A DNA stretch of 64,000 bases from Macrostomum hystrix (lineage: Eukaryota; Animalia; Platyhelminthes): positions 1 to 64,000 of the forward strand of contig CATNEN010000036.1 of assembly GCA_950097015.1 (NCBI GenBank), given 5' to 3'. The notes under the pieces were generated by a model. The model searched no databases and was not told where the DNA came from. It saw nothing but the letters and a program-made list of their open reading frames with translations. The position numbers and the translations under genes were made by a program. Shown here piece by piece: positions 1 to 9,600 of this stretch (position 1 is its first letter; the number at the start of each line of letters is the position of its first letter).

Positions 1-121
1 GCAGCCCACATAAGACGTAGATATCATCCCGCTATCCCTCAGCATGCTTCCTCTGGTACTATGGCGACGCGATTATCTTTGTATCAACGGGTCGGCCGGC
101 AGATTGCGTGTGAATTGGTAG

Positions 122-453
122 TGTTGTATTCTTGAAGTAACGAATACAGAGATTCCAATTGTAGTGTTGGTAAATGTAAGTATAGCGCCGAAAGGAGCAC
201 TCGGCAGTCGACTGGATAAGCGTGTATTTGTAACAGCAGTATTATTAAATACTGGAAAGGTCTTGAGTGTGTGCACCGCGCGGGGGTTTCTATTTATAGC
301 CTGGGGAGCGAGTGGGAGAACTTTCTAGAAAGTTCTCATAGATAGCCCGCGGGGGAGGCGCAGAGAAGATTCTGGAAACAACAGAGTGTTATAACAAGTG
401 GTAGAAAGTTCTAGAAAACTATTTACGGAATTATCGTAACGAAACCCACAACA
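122..453 (-). repeat. 3' LTR of element 1
   Basis: Matches 4843-5174 except for 2 substitutions (145 vs 4866, 157 vs 4878) by manual comparison. Confidence 0.96.
317..417. promoter_or_regulatory. Heat-shock element cluster in the 3' LTR of element 1
   Basis: aGAAc-tTTCt-aGAAa-gTTCt (317-336), aGAAg-aTTCt-gGAAa (364-378) and aGAAa-gTTCt-aGAAa (403-417). TATAAATA on the minus strand at 298-291. Confidence 0.8.
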
Positions 454-464
454 CCTCCCCACCA
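454..464 (-). other. Polypurine tract of element 1
   Basis: Minus strand TGGTGGGGAGG immediately precedes the 3' LTR. Confidence 0.85.
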
Positions 465-491
465 AAACTGTGAGTACAGCTGATAGAAAGT

Positions 492-945
492 CTATAAGTC
501 CATTTGTAGCCGTGGCTTTCGCTGCCTAGCCGACCGTCGTGGATTATCTGGTCCGTAGGGCGGCGGGTGTTGGACTTGGTCCGGCGCTCGCCATCCTGGA
601 GGCCTGGGTCGAGATCCTGGATGTGCCACCGCTAGTGTGGCCGGCAGCATCAGGTGGCCGGCCGTTTCGTTTTGTTGAGTCGGCAGTGATCCTGGCTCGC
701 TGTCTTCCGCGGACACGTGTCGCGGTTGAAGCTGGTCGAAGTGCCGTCGCCACACCGGGCCGCTTGGGACAACCTTGACGTTGACGCTGCGGCTGCCGTG
801 CCGCTTGGTGACCACTGCCGGAACCCAGCGGCCTTCCTTCTCGCGGCGTGGTCCGTAGTAGCGAGCGTAGACCGGATCTCCGACGTTGTAGCCTTCTCGG
901 ACGCGAGACACCTTTTCCGAGCTCTGGACTCTTCGGCCTGCTTGA
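492..945 (-). pseudogene. Integrase C-terminal (GPY/F-like) segment in a shifted frame
   Basis: Frame of ORF 492..1007 reads YNVGDPVYARYYGP..RWVPAVV..WRRHFDQL and ends PRRSARQRKP just before the PPT, a typical Gypsy integrase tail. The main frame reads as low-information sequence after PSPAHLAQ. Confidence 0.75.
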
Positions 946-3900
946 CTGGGCGAGATGGGCTGGAGATGGCAGCAGAGTATCAATCTGCGTCCTGATCTGC
1001 CGGCCATTTAGGAGTTCGCTCGGAGAGTAGCCGTTGACCGCAGGAGTCCGTCGGTACTGCATCAGGAACTGCTGTAGCGCCCTGGCAGGTGGCAGGCTGG
1101 ATTTCTTCAGGGCCTTCTTGAAGGTCTGAACCAGTCGTTCGGCCGCTCCGTTTGTTGCAGGATGATACGGAGCTCCTGTGAGGTGCGCGATGCCGTGTTC
1201 GCGACACCAAGCTTGAAACTCCTCAGCCATGAATGCCGCTGCATTGTCTGTGACGATGGCGTGAGGGTAGCCGAAGTGGGCGAAGTCTTCTTCCAGAAGC
1301 TCGATCGTTGCCCGCGTTGACATGGATTGCGTCGGGTGTATGCACGGGTACTTCGAGTAGGCGTCCGTGAGCACTAGCCAGTTGGTGCCGAGGAAGTTGA
1401 CTGCGTGATCCAGATGTAGGCGACTCCAAGGCTTCTCAGGCATCATCCACGGATGGACGGCGGCCTTTGGCGGATGATTTTGGTGCTCAGCACAGCTGTG
1501 GCAGCCGTGGCACAGGTGCTCGACGTCGTCGTCGATGTTCGGCCAGTAGACTGCCGATCGAGCCAGCTGCTTCATCCTCTGTATTCCAAAGTGTCCGAGG
1601 TGGAGGATTTTCAGCACCTCATTCCGGAGGTTCCGAGGAATCACAAGACGACAGCCATGCAGAAGACATCCGTTGCAGCAGGACAGCGAATCTTTGACCT
1701 TCCGCAGGCGGGCCAGCTCAGCGTCCTCGTCTCGTCCGATTGGCGGCCAACCTTCTCGACAGTAGCGCATGGCGGTGGAGATGACTGGGTCCCTCGATGA
1801 TTCCTTGGCTACGGCTGAGGCGTCAGCCGGCCGGATCTGCAGGCTCAGGACCTTGATCGCACAGACCATGTCGAAGTCGGCTGTGCTCTCCTCCCCGTCG
1901 AAGTCTAGGTCGTCTCCGACTGGCAGGCGACTCAGGGCGTCCGCATTTCCGTGACTCTTCGTCTGGCGGTACTCGATTTCGTAGGTGAAATTGTGGAGCA
2001 GGTTCGCCCAACGAGCCAGTCGGTTTGCCGCCATCACTGGTGTCTCCTTCTCGGGCCCGAATAGAGAAATCAACGGCTTATGGTCCGTGACCAGGATGAA
2101 CTTGCGGTTGAACAAGTATTGGAAAAACTTCTTTAGGCCGAAGATGATTGAAAGGGCTTCCTTCTGAATCTGAGGATAGCGGCGCTGAGCATCCGTCAGA
2201 GACTTTGAAGCGTTGGCGATCGGCCGCTCGCTACCATCCGGGTAGCGGTGGAACAGGACGGCGCCGATCCCGACGTTGGATGCGTCGCAGGAGAGCCCGA
2301 GAGGGAGGTCGGCATTGTAGTGGACCAGCACGTTGTCCGACGAGAGCTCCTCCTTGATCTGTTCGAAGGCCCGCTGCTCCGCGTCGCCCCATGTCCATGG
2401 TGCGTCCTTCCTGGTGAGTCGGTACAGCGGCTCAGAGATCGTGGCCATGCTTGGCGGCAGAAACTTTGCGTAGAACTGGACCGAGCCGAGGAATGACCGG
2501 AGGCTGGACACGTCCTTTGGTGGAGGCATTTCGCGGACAGCGTCCACCTTGGTTCCCTTGGCGATGCCTTCTTTCGACAGTACATAGCCAAGGTACTCGA
2601 TGCTGGGCATGGCGAATTTGCACTTCTCCCGTCGGCAGCGAAGTCCCTTGTCAGAAAGGCGTTGGAAAAGCCGGCGTAGGTTTGCGAGATGCTCATCAGC
2701 GGTCGCGCCGCCGACCAGGTAGTCGTCCAAGTAGAAAACGACTCCGGGCAGATCACCGGCTACCATTTCCATGATGAACTGGAACTCACCCACTGCAGAC
2801 TTCGGGCCGAAAGCGAGCCGCTTCTGAAGAAGCACACCCCGGTGGGTGCTCAGTGCCAGGCGCCTCTGACTCATCGGTCCCAACTCGATCTGGTTGTAGG
2901 CGTCGGCCAGATCTACCTTTGAGAAGCAGTAGCTGCCTCCCAGCTTCTGTAGCAGTTCCTCTGGGAGGGGCAGCGGGTGACGGTTGTCTTCCAGCTGCGG
3001 GTTGATAGTGCACGAGTAGTCTCCGCAGACTCGCAGTTTCGGCTGCTCTGAGCCGGTCGAGGGCTTTCGCACGGGGACCACGGGCGTCCCGTAGTCATTG
3101 AAGTCAGTAGGCTCCCAGATGCCTCTCCTGATGCCCTCGTCGTAGGCGCGCTCGAGCTCCTCGCGGATGGCGAAGGGGACAGGCCTAGCCTTCCGGAACA
3201 CCGGCTTTGCATCCGGGTTAAACTGCAACTCGAGCTTGAAGTCCTTGAGGCAACCCAGCTCGTCCTTCCACAGGTCCGGGAATTCGTCGCAAAGATTTCG
3301 GCAGGCCTTTTGAAGAGCCTCGTCCGGCAGCAGGTGGTCAAACACTGCGTTGACTTCTTGAATGGCGCTGGCAGCGCCGAGCAGTTTGTCGACGGAGATT
3401 CCCAACAGCTTCGTGGCGGTCCGGCCGAGTAGATTCAAGCCGGGCACCTGTGTGACGATGTACTGGATGTCGTGCTCAGGAGCTGAGCCAGGCAATGTCG
3501 TTTTCCCGACGAAGGTACCTAGTACAGGTAAGTCGTGTCGGCTGGCGGACTCGTAGCGTGACATCGCTACTTCGAGCGGCGGCGTCCCCAGCTTCTTCCA
3601 GAATGACTCTGTGATGAAGCTGCCGTTTGTCGCAGTGTCGACCTCGATGGCGAGAGCCTTGCCTTGGATGTGGATCGACACTTCCAGCTTAGGCAGGTCG
3701 TCCTCGGTTCGGGCTACAGCATGTACAAGCACATGCTCCTCGACCTGTTTCACTGGCTTCTTGAAGTTCGCCGCAAGGGCAGATCCTTTGGCCTTGGAAC
3801 GGCAGACAGATTCTAGGTGACCCACCTTTTTGCAGTGCCGGCAGGTCGCGTCTTTGAATCGGCAATCGTTTGCCCGATGGTTCTTCGCTCCGCAGCGGTA

Positions 3901-4743
3901 GCACGAACCAGACGCAGAGTCAGTAGTAGACCTGGAAGCAGTAGAATCTGTCGTAAATTTCGCCGAAGTGGCTCCGGGTCGCCGAACCTTCTGCTTAACC
4001 TTGTTAACGGGGCTGGATTTGTCGCCGTAAACCGTCTCCTTGGCGACTCGGGCGGCTTCCTCTGTCTCGATGGCGATCTCGACAGCCCGGGCGAACGTGA
4101 GCTCTTCCACCTTTAATTTGAACAAAGCTTTGAGTACTGCTTCGTTCCTCACTGAGCAGATGAAACGCGTGCGCAGCGCCTCGTCCAGTGGATCTTTGAT
4201 GGAAGAGAAATCGCAGGTGGTTGCGTCCTGGCGGATTCTCGCAGCCAGTTCCTGGATCGTCTCACCCGGTTTCCGCCGCATGTCGCTCCAGAACCGGAAA
4301 CGCTCCCGCACGATGAAGCGCTTGGTGTCATACTGTTCTTCCATGAACTTCTCAATCTCGTCCATAGTGAGCGTGTTGATCTCCTTCCGCGGCGTCTGCT
4401 GCGCTGCCAAGTTTGAGAGAAGCTTGTAGACAGACGGAGACTGGTTCGTCAGGAACACCTGAGCCTTCTTGTCGTCGGGTATGGAGTTCGCGCCCGTGAA
4501 GGTGCAGAATCTGGCCAAGTAGTCGGGCCAGAGCTCGGACGTGGCGTCGAATGGCGAGAAACCCGGAGTCGACGTCGTCACATGTGTCGGCAAAGCTGCA
4601 GCCTGGGACTGGTCCGCTGCAGGCTTTAGAGACCGAATGAGGTCGAGCATCATCTGCCGGTCAGCGTTCCGCTGTTGTCGTTCTTCTTCCATCTGCTGCC
4701 GTAGGAGGCTGATTATATCCTCGTCTTGCATCGTTTCGGGCAT
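544..4743 (-). CDS. Gag-Pol polyprotein of element 1 (C-terminal tail out of frame)
   Basis: Twin zinc knuckles CYRC..H..C / CRHC..GH..C, protease EVDTA, RT YLDD, RNase H CDAS and TDHKPL, integrase HHCC and D..D..E core (LHLDH, TDNA, GAAERLV). Confidence 0.93.
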   Translation of the reverse strand: MPETMQDEDIISLLRQQMEEERQQRNADRQMMLDLIRSLKPAADQSQAAALPTHVTTSTPGFSPFDATSELWPDYLARFCTFTGANSIPDDKKAQVFLTNQSPSVYKLLSNLAAQQTPRKEINTLTMDEIEKFMEEQYDTKRFIVRERFRFWSDMRRKPGETIQELAARIRQDATTCDFSSIKDPLDEALRTRFICSVRNEAVLKALFKLKVEELTFARAVEIAIETEEAARVAKETVYGDKSSPVNKVKQKVRRPGATSAKFTTDSTASRSTTDSASGSCYRCGAKNHRANDCRFKDATCRHCKKVGHLESVCRSKAKGSALAANFKKPVKQVEEHVLVHAVARTEDDLPKLEVSIHIQGKALAIEVDTATNGSFITESFWKKLGTPPLEVAMSRYESASRHDLPVLGTFVGKTTLPGSAPEHDIQYIVTQVPGLNLLGRTATKLLGISVDKLLGAASAIQEVNAVFDHLLPDEALQKACRNLCDEFPDLWKDELGCLKDFKLELQFNPDAKPVFRKARPVPFAIREELERAYDEGIRRGIWEPTDFNDYGTPVVPVRKPSTGSEQPKLRVCGDYSCTINPQLEDNRHPLPLPEELLQKLGGSYCFSKVDLADAYNQIELGPMSQRRLALSTHRGVLLQKRLAFGPKSAVGEFQFIMEMVAGDLPGVVFYLDDYLVGGATADEHLANLRRLFQRLSDKGLRCRREKCKFAMPSIEYLGYVLSKEGIAKGTKVDAVREMPPPKDVSSLRSFLGSVQFYAKFLPPSMATISEPLYRLTRKDAPWTWGDAEQRAFEQIKEELSSDNVLVHYNADLPLGLSCDASNVGIGAVLFHRYPDGSERPIANASKSLTDAQRRYPQIQKEALSIIFGLKKFFQYLFNRKFILVTDHKPLISLFGPEKETPVMAANRLARWANLLHNFTYEIEYRQTKSHGNADALSRLPVGDDLDFDGEESTADFDMVCAIKVLSLQIRPADASAVAKESSRDPVISTAMRYCREGWPPIGRDEDAELARLRKVKDSLSCCNGCLLHGCRLVIPRNLRNEVLKILHLGHFGIQRMKQLARSAVYWPNIDDDVEHLCHGCHSCAEHQNHPPKAAVHPWMMPEKPWSRLHLDHAVNFLGTNWLVLTDAYSKYPCIHPTQSMSTRATIELLEEDFAHFGYPHAIVTDNAAAFMAEEFQAWCREHGIAHLTGAPYHPATNGAAERLVQTFKKALKKSSLPPARALQQFLMQYRRTPAVNGYSPSELLNGRQIRTQIDTLLPSPAHLAQSSRPKSPELGKGVSRPRRLQRRRSGLRSLLRTTPREGRPLGSGSGHQAARQPQRQRQGCPKRPGVATALRPASTATRVRGRQRARITADSTKRNGRPPDAAGHTSGGTSRISTQASRMASAGPSPTPAALRTR

Positions 4744-4815
4744 GATTGTAGTAGCTTGATCCTTCGGTCAATAGTGACAGTCGTTGTAGATTAGACGTCC
4801 TCGAAGTTGATCAAG

Positions 4816-4833
4816 ATCCTGCTTGCGACGCCA
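4816..4833 (-). other. Primer binding site of element 1 (probably tRNA-Ser type)
   Basis: TGGCGTCGCAAGCAGGAT, 9 nt inside the 5' LTR. Its complement ATCCTGCTTGCGACGCCA resembles a tRNA-Ser 3' end. The tRNA identity is inferred. Confidence 0.75.
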
Positions 4834-4842
4834 GAAAATCCC

Positions 4843-5174
4843 TGTTGTATTCTTGAAGTAACGAAGACAGAGATTCCGATTGTAGTGTTGGTAAATGTAA
4901 GTATAGCGCCGAAAGGAGCACTCGGCAGTCGACTGGATAAGCGTGTATTTGTAACAGCAGTATTATTAAATACTGGAAAGGTCTTGAGTGTGTGCACCGC
5001 GCGGGGGTTTCTATTTATAGCCTGGGGAGCGAGTGGGAGAACTTTCTAGAAAGTTCTCATAGATAGCCCGCGGGGGAGGCGCAGAGAAGATTCTGGAAAC
5101 AACAGAGTGTTATAACAAGTGGTAGAAAGTTCTAGAAAACTATTTACGGAATTATCGTAACGAAACCCACAACA
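4843..5174 (-). repeat. 5' LTR of element 1
   Basis: Followed on the minus strand by the PBS and gag ATG. Confidence 0.96.
5012..5138 (-). promoter_or_regulatory. TATA box plus three heat-shock elements in the 5' LTR of element 1
   Basis: Same motifs as the 3' LTR: TATA 5012-5019, HSEs 5038-5057, 5085-5099 and 5124-5138. All are perfect alternating nGAAn/nTTCn arrays. Confidence 0.8.
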
Positions 5175-5675
5175 GGTAGATTATCTAAACATCTGCAAAA
5201 CTGAGGCTTCAGGGAGAGTGAAACTTCAGGGAGATTGAAACTTCATCGCAATGACTTCGCATCGAAAATCGGTACAAACATCACGTGTTGCTGTATCTGC
5301 GTTCGGATGTGTTTGAGGCCGGAGCAGAGCAGAGTTGTTTTAACCCGGAAATTTATAACAATGTCATGTTACGACGCAAATCCACGCGAATTTAAATGCA
5401 CATCGTGTGGCCTTGTTCGAAGAAATCAGTGTCCTGTCCCCCAAAGTCAAAGTTGACGTATTTTGTTATCCGTTTTCTAAATTGAATTAAATTTAATTCA
5501 GTTTATTTCTCCAACTTCTTGTTATTAATTTTATTGGTAGAGTATATGACACTTATGCATGTCATACTGAGGCTCCCATTTGTACATTATTCAACTTTTT
5601 CATCACAACTCAGAGTACAAGTTTGAACTACTTGCGGAGTAGACGTTTTCAGTATAAATTACCACTCTTTATCAG

Positions 5676-5843
5676 ATGTCACCTAATCCATTGAAAGATC
5701 AACAATCTAACTCAGATATGAGACAATCCTTGCCAGTGCCAGCCATATTAAATGGTATTGATAATGGTGCACATGGTCATATAGAAAACTGTTCTAATCA
5801 GAATGTAGAAGTCATTTCTAATTCAGCTTTGCCACATGTCAAT
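5676..5843 (+). CDS. MFSD2: MFSD2-family transporter, coding exon 1 (56 aa)
   Basis: cag|ATG start and AAT|gtaagt donor. Phase 0 matches exon 2. No conserved motif here, so support is from splice signals only. Confidence 0.6.
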
Positions 5844-6170
5844 GTAAGTACTTATTTATGTTTATGAGGTGAAATTTTTTAGTAGTATAGCTGGTTTGAA
5901 AATTGGCAATGGCTAGGCCTAATTATATTATGCTAAGTCTACTAAGCTAGGAATAGTCAATAGACAGCTTGCTTTTTTGTTGCTGAACATTTCATCATGA
6001 TTTTTTATCATATTCATAATAAATCATACTATTATATGCTTAAAAAACATACATTATTACAAGTAAATAATAGACCATGGCTATCTATAAATTGTCTAAA
6101 TATTTTCTTACTCCTCAAAGTGCAAAGAACTGTTGTTTTTGCATGAAAACTTAACTAAAGTTTTGCTTAA

Positions 6171-6354
6171 CAGTGGTGCAACTAGGATTTTTTAGGGGGT
6201 GGAGAGGGGTGGACCAAGTGTGAATCATCCTAGATGAGTAGCAGATGGTTCAAAGGCCATTTTGGTTAAATATATATTTGGTCCCCTTTGCCTTGTTATC
6301 TTTTGGTTTCTTCTGCAGAAAGGGTTGGTTACCTCCCACCTAGTTGCACCAGTG
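6171..6354. mobile_element. hAT-type MITE (184 bp) in MFSD2 intron 1
   Basis: 16-bp TIRs CAGTGGTGCAACTAGG / CCTAGTTGCACCAGTG (1 mismatch). Exact 8-bp TSD TTGCTTAA on both sides. Confidence 0.85.
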
Positions 6355-7091
6355 TTGCTTAACTTCTGTTCTAATTATAGTTGACTATAATAAGTGATAA
6401 ATGTAACTGCAAACTGAAAAAAAAGAGTTCAGTATACTTGAGAATGCTTTGTGCTTTGCAATCAATTAAACTGTAGAAAATGTTTCCTGCACTTCCATAA
6501 GTCCCCCAACTTGTATATGCCTGATATTATAAAAGGGGTGTCCCAAAATTTTCCTGAATTCCCTCAAAAGGTGCTTAAAGTTTCGCCAAAGTTCTCTGAT
6601 ACAAAATGCAAGATAAAAGCAAAACATTTATAGTAAAGATTTACATTTATAAAAATAGCTTGAATTGAAAAATATTGTATTTGCTTCCTAGTAACAAACA
6701 TTTAAAGTTACTATTATTGCCCACATAACATTGTGGTAAGTAAAATATTCAGAAATTGTAGATGTGACTCCAACTTAAATATTTACCCACTATAAAATTT
6801 GACTAAACTGCACGTTTTAAAAAAAAGTTTGTTACAATATTGTTGTTGTGCTCAGTATTTTTTTACTTTTATTTATCTTTTAAAGCACCATATTCAGCAA
6901 TTTTCATTAATTTCAGCTTTTGTTTGGTTAGCCCTAAAAGATTATCTCATAAATTAACATTTTTAAGTTCTTTATATTTAAACCTTGACATATTTCTGCC
7001 ACTAATTTGTTTTAGTTACTCATTAGTTTTAAGTATATTTGAACATTGGTTTCAAAATAAATACTTAAGTTCACATATGTTCTAATAAATA

Positions 7092-7310
7092 ATTCGAACT
7101 CCAGAACTCTCAGTCAGAAGTCGATGCTCATAGTCTCCCTAGCTGAGATTCGAACTCCCGACCTCTCAGTCAGAAGCCGACGCTCATAGTCTCACTAGCT
7201 GAGATTCGAACTCCCGACCTCTCAGTCAGAAGCCGACGCTCATAGTCTCACTAGCTGAGATTCGAACTCCAGACCTCTCAGTCAGAAGCCAATGCTCTAA
7301 TCCTAGATAG
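7092..7310 (-). repeat. 56-bp tandem repeat (about 4 copies) of a tRNA-like/SINE-head fragment
   Basis: ATTCGAAC recurs at 7092, 7148, 7204 and 7260. The minus strand reads TCGG-CTTCTGA-CTGA (anticodon-like arm, TCT) and GGGAGTTCGAATCTC (T-arm/B-box). Confidence 0.75.
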
Positions 7311-7388
7311 GCATTAGGCTACAAGATACATTTTCTATCCTTCGTATATTTAAGAATAAAACTTTCTTTTCAATTTGTCGCTTACCAG

Positions 7389-7844
7389 ACTCTAGACCCG
7401 CTAATCAGTTCGGACCAGTCTGTGCTGTCGCCAGACGTTGTTGGCCCGGACGATCCTGCAAGCGGTGTCGGTGATGGCAGCTCGCTGACCATTGCCCGCC
7501 GAGTTCTCTACGGTTTAGCAGCGCCGCCGTCGGCCATGTGCGGCAATATTCTCGGCTTTCTCATGTCTGTCTATCTATTGGATGTGGCCAAGCTTACGCC
7601 AAGCCTAATTCTCACAATCTCCTTCACTGGACGATTCTGGGACGCAATATCTGATCCCATTGTTGGCTATCTGGTATCGCGGACTAATACTAGATTTGGC
7701 AAATGCAGAATCTGGGTGCTAGCCTCCGCACCCTTCTGCGGCCTGTCATTCTTCTTGTTTTTTAATACACCCTATTGGAGCTCGCTCTATGGCCGTTTTG
7801 TCTACTACTTTGCCATGTACCTCTGCTTCTGCACTTTTCTGACG
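7389..7844 (+). CDS. MFSD2: MFSD2-family Na+/lysophospholipid symporter, exon 2
   Basis: cttaccag| acceptor and ACG|gtaagc donor. Contains YGLAAPP and GRFWDAISDPIVG (the two Na-site Asp residues) and GKCRIW. Confidence 0.9.
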
Positions 7845-7944
7845 GTAAGCGCCAGGAACATTTTCCTATTTAATACATTTCATAATTGAGTTCCTGTCTC
7901 CTTTTATGGTATATTAATCCTTATTTCCCTGGCCTCGCTTCAAA

Positions 7945-8105
7945 TGACTAGCTGTTGACTAGCTGTTGACTAGCTGTTGACTAGCTGTTGACTAGCTGTT
8001 GACTAGCTGTTGACTAGCTGTTGACTAGCTGTTGACTAGCTGTTGACTAGCTGTTGGCTAGCTGTTGACTAGCTGTTGACTAGCTGTTGACTAGCTGTTG
8101 ACTAG
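7945..8105. repeat. 11-bp minisatellite (TGACTAGCTGT)n, about 14 copies
   Basis: Direct reading, in MFSD2 intron 2. Confidence 0.95.
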
Positions 8106-8450
8106 TCACGCTTGTCATGCAAATCCTATTTATAGGATATTTGTATCATCGTCAGTGCTAAAGTACAAATTCGTCACCTGACCATTTTGTGTGCTTCCAT
8201 AAAATAGGCCCGTTAAAACTCCCCTTTCCATCTGCCCACACTTAATCCATTCTCCCTAATGTCACGTGACAAGTTCCCACTCGGGAAGTTTCTCTTTAGT
8301 AGGAATGCAAAAGTTTAGCAACTTTATTAGGCAAACTTATGTTTGCTTTTACAGTACATCTGCCAGACAAGAGTTAAGCTGCGATAAAAATTGATTCCTG
8401 AAAGACTGATACTCGTATATCCCATGAATGACCTACTTGTCATATAAATC

Positions 8451-9444
8451 ACTGATTTATCCCATGAATAACTGATTGGTTCCATGAGTGACTGATTGGT
8501 TTCACGAGTGACTGTTTGGTTTCACGAGTGACTGTTTGGTTTCACGAGTGACTGTTTGGTTTCACGAGTGACTGTTTGGTTTCACGAGTGACTGATTGGT
8601 TTCACGAGTGACTGTTTGGTTTCACGAGTGACTGTTTGGTTTCACGAGTGACTGTTTGGTTTCACGAGTGACTGTTTGGTTTCACGAGTGACTGATTGGT
8701 TTCACGAGTGACTGATTGGTTTCACGAGTGACTGATTGGTTTCACGAGTGACTGATTGGTTTCACGAGTGACTGTTTGGTTTCACGAGTGACTGTTTTGT
8801 TCCATGAGTGACTGTTTGGTTTCACGAGTGACTGATTGGTTTCACGAGTGACTGATTGGTTTCACGAGTGACTGATTGGTTTCACGAGTGACTGATTGGT
8901 TTCACGAGTGACTGATTGGTTTCACGAGTGACTGATTGGTTTCACGAGTGACTGATTGGTTTCACGAGTGACTGATTGGTTTCACGAGTGACTGTTTGGT
9001 TTCACGAGTGACTGTTTGGTTTCACGAGTGACTGTTTGGTTTCACGAGTGACTGATTGGTTTCACGAGTGACTGATTGGTTTCACGAGTGACTGATTGGT
9101 TTCACGAGTGACTGTTTGGTTTCACGAGTGACTGATTGGTTTCACGAGTGACTGATTGGTTTCACGAGTGACTGATTGGTTTCACGAGTGACTGATTGGT
9201 TTCACGAGTGACTGTTTGGTTTCACGAGTGACTGATTGGTTTCACGAGTGACTGTTTGGTTTCACGAGTGACTGTTTGGTTCCATGAGTGACTGTTTTGT
9301 TCCATGAGTGACTGTTTGGTTTCACGAGTGACTGATTGGTTTCACGAGTGACTGTTTGGTTTCACGAGTGACTGTTTGGTTTCACGAGTGACTGTTTGGT
9401 TCCATGAGTGACTGATTGGTTCCATGAGTGACTGATTGGTTCCA
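8451..9444. repeat. 20-bp minisatellite (GTTTCACGAGTGACTG[A/T]TTG)n, about 50 copies
   Basis: Direct reading, in MFSD2 intron 2. Confidence 0.95.
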
Positions 9445-9521
9445 TCTTAAGACACGCCTTGCTAAACCTCATTTCTGACCTTACCAGATTCCTTACACAT
9501 CCATGACTATGCTCATTTCAG

Positions 9522-9600
9522 ACCTACCACATTCCTTACACATCCATGACTATGTTCATATCGTCTCGATCTGCTGACCGTGACGCGGCGACAACATTTC
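9522..9600 (+). CDS. MFSD2: MFSD2-family transporter, exon 3
   Basis: atttcag|TYHIPYTSMTMFISSRSADRDAATTF-C|gtaagc. Matches the MFSD2A HVPYSALTMFIS..ERDSATAYR region. Confidence 0.9.

Larger units (their letters stand above)
122..5174 (-). mobile_element. Full-length Ty3/Gypsy (Mag-like) LTR retrotransposon, element 1
   Basis: 332-bp direct repeats at 122-453 and 4843-5174, both TG...CA. 5-bp TSD GGTAG at 117-121 and 5175-5179. PBS, PPT and a gag-pol ORF in PR-RT-RH-IN order. Confidence 0.97.

Noticed and set aside
73-276. Identical-start 67-68-aa ORFs at 73-276 and 4791-4997
   Set aside because: They are the same LTR sequence read twice and run out of the LTR into unrelated flanks.
539-4759. 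Many short ORFs overlapping element 1
   Set aside because: They are antisense or alternate-frame shadows of GC-rich gag-pol. Only the 492-945 frame has recognisable protein motifs.
7255-7315. Functional tRNA-Arg(TCT) gene
   Set aside because: There is no pairing acceptor stem and the D-arm is degenerate. Kept only as a tRNA-derived repeat.
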